Source: Vulcanimicrobiota bacterium
GTDB taxonomy: Bacteria; Vulcanimicrobiota; SpSt-956; JAKJGF01
Length of the DNA stretch: 38,110 nt
Direction of reading: 5' to 3'
Assembly: GCA_040217695.1 (NCBI GenBank)
Contig: JBEHWO010000021.1
Span: 1-38,110 of the forward strand
The notes under the pieces were generated by a model that made no database searches, was not told where the DNA came from, and saw only the letters and a list, made by a program, of their open reading frames with translations. Numbering within the stretch: the stretch's first letter is position 1; each line of letters begins with the position of its first letter. The translations under genes were made by a program, and so were the position numbers. Of the stretch, positions 34,504-38,110 are shown piece by piece.

Positions 34504-35877
34504 ATGTATAAAAAATATATCAAAAATCAGAAAGGCATAGGAGTTGCCATTACTCTTCTTGCCATAATGATTATTTCAATTTTAGGTATGGCCCTTCTTA
34601 TAAGAAGCACATCCCTTGCAGGAGTCATTACACAGAAAAATTATACCATTACTGCTACGGAAGCAGCAAAAGCAGGTATATCTCATGCCATACACATGGT
34701 TGAAGCAGACCTTTACTATACCACTCCTATTTCTTATACTCCTCTTTCAACCTATACAGTTACAAACCATGTTGAAAGAGGCTACTACAAAGTAGATCTA
34801 TTAAATAATCTGGAAGGTACCGTTCCTCTGACTTCTCCTTACAGCGGTTATGTCGTTCCTCCGGGAGTGATTGAAGTGGTATCCACCGGATATGCAGGTA
34901 ATCCCGTTTTAAACGAACAGAAGAGAACCATGAAGATTGTTGCAATGGGAAACAGACTGGATGTTCAATTTAATCCCTGGAGTAATGCTCTTACACTGGG
35001 GGGAACTATTAATCCCGGCGGTGATGCAGGAGGTAATGAAATCCTTACGGACAGTTACGATTCTTCTGCAGTTCCACCTCGTTATTCAGGAGGTACAGAA
35101 GGAGATATTGCAATATTAAACCTTGATCAAACTGTAGACCTGGGCTCCAGAAACATACAGGGAGAAATAAAAGTGCCTGAGGGCGCCAGTGTGACCGGAA
35201 CGGGCACATATCTGGATGCAAACGGTGTTCAGCATGACCTTGATGACCCGAACCGGTATTTTACTTCTATGACAGACCCATTTGTTATGACTTCTGTTAT
35301 GCAGAAGACTCCCGGAACTGTTGATGTTAAAAATAACGCCACTTTGTCTCCGGGAGCATACCGCGATATGTTCCTGGAAAGTAACAGGACCATAGTGCTG
35401 GAACCTGGCACTTATATATTCAGAGATATTATCAACAGCGGAGGAGGATCTTCCAAAGGACGTGTAAATCTCAAGCTTAACGGACCTGTGAAGATCTTTG
35501 TTACCGGTAATATCTCTATGACCGGAAATGTCAATATTAATTCTATTCAGGAAGCAGATGGTACATGTCATCCCGATCGTCCCGCTTCTTATCTTAAGGT
35601 TTTTGGAACAGAAACCTGTACCAGTGTAACTATTGGAGGTTCTGTATGTTTCTGTGGCGGTGTATATGCTCCCGATGCCACATTTACCTTTAATGGCCTG
35701 GGTGGCAATAATGAAAAAGTAAAATCTGATCTATGGGGGTCTTTCGCAGGAAATAATGCCGTATTTTCAGGTGCTAAAGTAAGTATTCATTATGATGAAA
35801 TGCTTAACGACGGAAATATTGAAACATTTTATACAGGTATTGCAAAGGATAGTATGAGGTGGGTTTACGGATACTAA
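34504..35877 (+). CDS. PilX-N-like minor pilin / putative pilus tip adhesin, paralog 1
   Basis: 457 aa. The N-terminus NQKGIGVAITLLAIMIISILGMALL is a PilX_N-type hydrophobic segment with no Glu5. A large Gly/Thr/Asn-rich C-terminal region carries GNVNINSI-type beta-rich repeats. An AAGGAGG RBS lies upstream. Confidence 0.6.
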   Translation: MYKKYIKNQKGIGVAITLLAIMIISILGMALLIRSTSLAGVITQKNYTITATEAAKAGISHAIHMVEADLYYTTPISYTPLSTYTVTNHVERGYYKVDLLNNLEGTVPLTSPYSGYVVPPGVIEVVSTGYAGNPVLNEQKRTMKIVAMGNRLDVQFNPWSNALTLGGTINPGGDAGGNEILTDSYDSSAVPPRYSGGTEGDIAILNLDQTVDLGSRNIQGEIKVPEGASVTGTGTYLDANGVQHDLDDPNRYFTSMTDPFVMTSVMQKTPGTVDVKNNATLSPGAYRDMFLESNRTIVLEPGTYIFRDIINSGGGSSKGRVNLKLNGPVKIFVTGNISMTGNVNINSIQEADGTCHPDRPASYLKVFGTETCTSVTIGGSVCFCGGVYAPDATFTFNGLGGNNEKVKSDLWGSFAGNNAVFSGAKVSIHYDEMLNDGNIETFYTGIAKDSMRWVYGY

Positions 35878-36165
35878 TATTGTAATATCATAAACAGGAA
35901 GGAAGATTATTATAGATATTATTATTCGGAAAGATACATCTAAATTAAAACAATGTGCCTGGTGCAAAAAGATAAAAAACGCTGATACAGGCATATGGAA
36001 GGAAACAGGAGAACTTATTCAGGGGATCAGTCATACTGTCTGCCCTGAGTGTAATAAACAGTTATGGAAAAACTATCTTGAAACATGTGAGGCTGAGGAA
36101 GAATAAGTTGAAGTGAAAGCTAATTACCGAGACAGGTAAATTCGTAACTATTTATGAATTATTTA

Positions 36166-36335
36166 TATGAGAATCGTGACGCGTAACGCGTAACGCGTGA
36201 CGGGAGGAAGACAAAATCACAGATTGTCCGGTGTTATATTTTTCTCTGTCACCCTGGGACTGACCGAAAAATACCTCCGGCAGTTATTATAACGATCAGT
36301 ATCCTCGCGTAACGCGTCACCCGTTACGCGTTACG
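36166..36335. repeat. Inverted heptamer arrays flanking a 100-bp unique core
   Basis: The left array is tatgagaatcgtgacgcgtaacgcgtaacgcgtgacgggagg (36166-36207). The right array is cgcgtaacgcgtcacccgttacgcgttacg (36306-36335), which is approximately the reverse complement of the left. The left array is near-identical to 20960-21000. Confidence 0.8.
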
Positions 36336-36359
36336 ATATTACGGTACTCAGCGGAGCAT

Positions 36360-37748
36360 TCACTCGAAGATCCATCTCATAGAACCCTTTGCTATACCTG
36401 CATAATAACGTTCCCCTTCTGAGTCCAGGGCTTTATCGTAGTGAATACTTATTTTTGCTCCGTTAAATGTAGCACTCTTCCCGGCAAAGGAACCCCACAG
36501 GTCAGAGTTTGTATTACCCATGCCATGAAATATAAAATCAGCATTGGGGGCATATATGGATCCGCAAAAGCTTCCTCCCCCTCCCATTTCTACAGAGGTA
36601 CAACTGCTGGTTCCGAAGATCTTCAGTTGAGAAGCCGGTTCGTCCGGATGGGTAACAGTTTTATTACCATGTTCCTTTTCTTCTCTGATAGTATTGATAT
36701 TTACATTTCCCGAAAGATTAATACTTCCTGTGACATAAAGAGTCACATTTCCGTTAACCTTCAGATTTATATCTGCATTACCTCCTCCTGAAAGGGTAAG
36801 ATTCCTGAAAATATAGGCACCTTCATTTAATACTGTAGTAATGTTACCACTTATTAATAAATCTCTGTAAGCACCTCCGCCGGTCAGGGTCTGGCCGGGA
36901 TTTACGTCAGCAGTCCCGGGAATCTTTTCCTGCACGGGAGGCAGAACAATTGGTTCCGCCATAACAGTATAATTTGTGTCAGGCAGGGTACGGGAAATAC
37001 CGTTCGGGTCGAGATAGTTGCCGCTGCCGCTTACAGCAGTTCCAGGAGGAACCTTTATTTCTCCTTTAATATTTCTGTCACCGAGCTCAACGGCTGGATT
37101 GCTGTCGGGATCATTGGGATCTGATTTTACACCGTTTGCCGCAATATCTCCGTCATTACCTCCTGAATAAACACCGGGTTCTACGGAAGAATCGTAACTG
37201 TCTGTAAGAATGGAATTACCTCCTGCACCGCCGCCGGGAGTAATCTTTCCGCTCAGGGTAATAGCATTGCTCCATGGATTGAATGTTGCATCCACCCTGT
37301 TTCCCATTGTAATAATTTTTATAGTTTTTTTCTGGTTACCTGCAGCAGGATTGCCCGAATATCCGGTAGAGATTACCTCGATTACTCCCGGAGGAATAAC
37401 ATAACCACTCCTGGGAGAGGTCAGGGGAGAAGCTCCTGACAGATTATTTGTTATATCCACTTTATAGTATCCTCTTTCACTATCCGGCGTAATAGTATAG
37501 GTTGACAGAGGAGTGCAAGAAATAGAAGCGGAATAGTAAAGATCCGTTTCAACCCGGTGTATGGCATGAGATATACCAGCTTTTGCAGCTTCCGTAGCAG
37601 TGATGGAATAATTTTTCTGTGCAATTACTCCTGCCAGAGATGAACTTCTGATAAGAAGGGCCATACCTAGAATTGAAATAATCATTATGGCAAGAAGAGT
37701 AATAGCAATCCCTATACCTTTCTGATTTTTGATATATTTTTTATACAT
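36360..37748 (-). CDS. PilX-N-like minor pilin / putative pilus tip adhesin, paralog 2 (convergent with paralog 1)
   Basis: The track ORF is 36360..37784. Its first 12 codons (MLMLRSVKGANK) are read from repeat element B. The real start is MYKKYIKNQKGIGIAITLLAIMIISILGMALL at about 37748. The first 70 aa are about 90% identical to the 34504 gene. The architecture is collinear and the C-terminal halves diverge. Confidence 0.6.
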   Translation of the reverse strand: MYKKYIKNQKGIGIAITLLAIMIISILGMALLIRSSSLAGVIAQKNYSITATEAAKAGISHAIHRVETDLYYSASISCTPLSTYTITPDSERGYYKVDITNNLSGASPLTSPRSGYVIPPGVIEVISTGYSGNPAAGNQKKTIKIITMGNRVDATFNPWSNAITLSGKITPGGGAGGNSILTDSYDSSVEPGVYSGGNDGDIAANGVKSDPNDPDSNPAVELGDRNIKGEIKVPPGTAVSGSGNYLDPNGISRTLPDTNYTVMAEPIVLPPVQEKIPGTADVNPGQTLTGGGAYRDLLISGNITTVLNEGAYIFRNLTLSGGGNADINLKVNGNVTLYVTGSINLSGNVNINTIREEKEHGNKTVTHPDEPASQLKIFGTSSCTSVEMGGGGSFCGSIYAPNADFIFHGMGNTNSDLWGSFAGKSATFNGAKISIHYDKALDSEGERYYAGIAKGSMRWIFE

Positions 37749-37762
37749 TTTATTTGCCCCCT

Positions 37763-37868
37763 TTACTGACCTGAGCATAAGCATGTAATAACAGTCTTCC
37801 TCCCGTGACGCGTCACGCGTTACGCGTCACGAGAGCAGATATTTATTATTTATGTTCACCTCAGTAAC
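37763..37868. repeat. About 105-bp dispersed intergenic element, copy B
   Basis: The sequence is actgacctgagcataagcatgtaataacagtcttcctcccgtgacgcgtcacgcgttacgcgtcacgagagcagatatttattatttatgttcacctcagtaa. It is near-identical to 15873-15978. Confidence 0.8.
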
Positions 37869-37987
37869 ATAAATTCTGTTGTATCCGGGGATGTTGAAGA
37901 GAAAATTTTGGTAGGATGTTATGTAATTCCCACAAAAGCTGACTGCTGATAGCCGAAGGCTTACGTAAAATTTTTCTGTTAAAGCTA

Positions 37988-38010
37988 TTACTGACCTGAG
38001 CATAAGCAAT
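37988..38010. repeat. 5'-end fragment of the same element (copy C, truncated)
   Basis: The sequence ttactgacctgagcataagcaat matches the first about 22 bp of copies A and B and then diverges. Confidence 0.6.
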
Positions 38011-38054
38011 TAATATTTTAATATGTTATAAACCAGATTAGATAAGGTTTTCTG

Positions 38055-38085
38055 GCTTTTCACTTTTCACTACTCACTTCAGTAA
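38055..38085. repeat. Heptamer-derived array (CTTTTCA/CTACTCA units, the reverse complement of GTGAAAA/GTGAGTA)
   Basis: The sequence is ggcttttcacttttcactactcacttcagtaa. Confidence 0.7.
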
Positions 38086-38110
38086 TTAAAAAATAATAAA
38101 TTTACCTACA

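Noticed and set aside
37827-38009. Track ORF (-) 60 aa beginning MLMLRSVIALT
   Set aside because: The start is generated by the reverse-complement reading of the CATGCTTATGCTCAGG end of repeat copy C. The same MLMLRS artefact prefixes the 36360..37784 ORF. It has no RBS and no homology.
12090-38085. Heptamer tandem arrays considered as possible CRISPR arrays
   Set aside because: The repeat unit is only 7 bp and is tandem with no spacers. No cas genes are present. The arrays are dispersed at many loci. These are simple sequence repeats, not CRISPR.
1-38110. Alternative genetic code (UGA recoding), considered because of the start-less zinc-ribbon frame and several short ORFs
   Set aside because: Long standard-code ORFs are uninterrupted (the 1176-aa PFOR and the 819-aa MVP). 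The standard code is sufficient.

Overview
This 38.1-kb window is AT-rich and looks like it comes from a low-GC anaerobe; I cannot place it taxonomically. It contains a PFOR (pyruvate:ferredoxin oxidoreductase), HemW, LepA and GlgC, sigma-54 machinery and type IV pilin-like genes. The standard genetic code applies: long ORFs such as the 1176-aa PFOR are uninterrupted.

Content from left to right:

1. **Sugar-nucleotide cluster (about 1-12083, minus strand).** A tightly packed, partly ATGA-coupled operon built around a CDP-3,6-dideoxyhexose core. It has a CDP-glucose 4,6-dehydratase and an E1-type 3-dehydrase with HH and Fe-S signatures, but no E3 reductase and no glucose-1-phosphate cytidylyltransferase in the window. 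It is decorated with an FAD oxidoreductase, a NUDIX protein, a TylC3-like C-methyltransferase, a radical SAM/SPASM enzyme, a polyprenyl-phosphate GT2, a NeuB-family synthase fused to a cupin, a YerE/ALS-like ThDP enzyme, a HAD hydrolase and an SDR.

2. **Housekeeping genes.** nifJ (PFOR), glgC, hemW and lepA.

3. **An 819-aa bacterial major vault protein (MVP) homolog.** It is isolated between about 850 bp and 820 bp of non-coding DNA. The upstream gap holds a roughly 200-nt long-range inverted-repeat element (candidate structured RNA or MITE). The downstream gap holds heptamer-built hairpins and TAGAACTATAG-type repeats.

4. **Lipoprotein, radical SAM-like protein and papain-like hydrolase.** A lipoprotein, a B12-domain radical SAM-like protein with an atypical Cys motif and a palindrome-wrapped start, and a papain-fold (NlpC/P60/CHAP/Tae4-like) hydrolase with no signal peptide.

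5. **Two-component system and pilin module.** A CHASE-type histidine kinase and an NtrC-type sigma-54 activator sit next to a good -24/-12 promoter match. That promoter drives a small protein with mirror-symmetric Cys spacing, an atypical Hanks kinase fused to a TM helix and a YVTN beta-propeller, and three minor-pilin/PilX-like genes. A convergent paralogous PilX-like gene lies beyond.

6. **Heptamer repeats.** Almost every intergenic gap carries tandem 7-bp arrays (GTGAAAA, GTGAGTA/C, CGTNACG, AGCTATC, CATTACG). These assemble into hairpins and into larger dispersed elements. One roughly 105-bp element is present in 2.3 copies. A roughly 90-bp element flanks hemW in inverted orientation. These elements produce spurious N-terminal ORF extensions.
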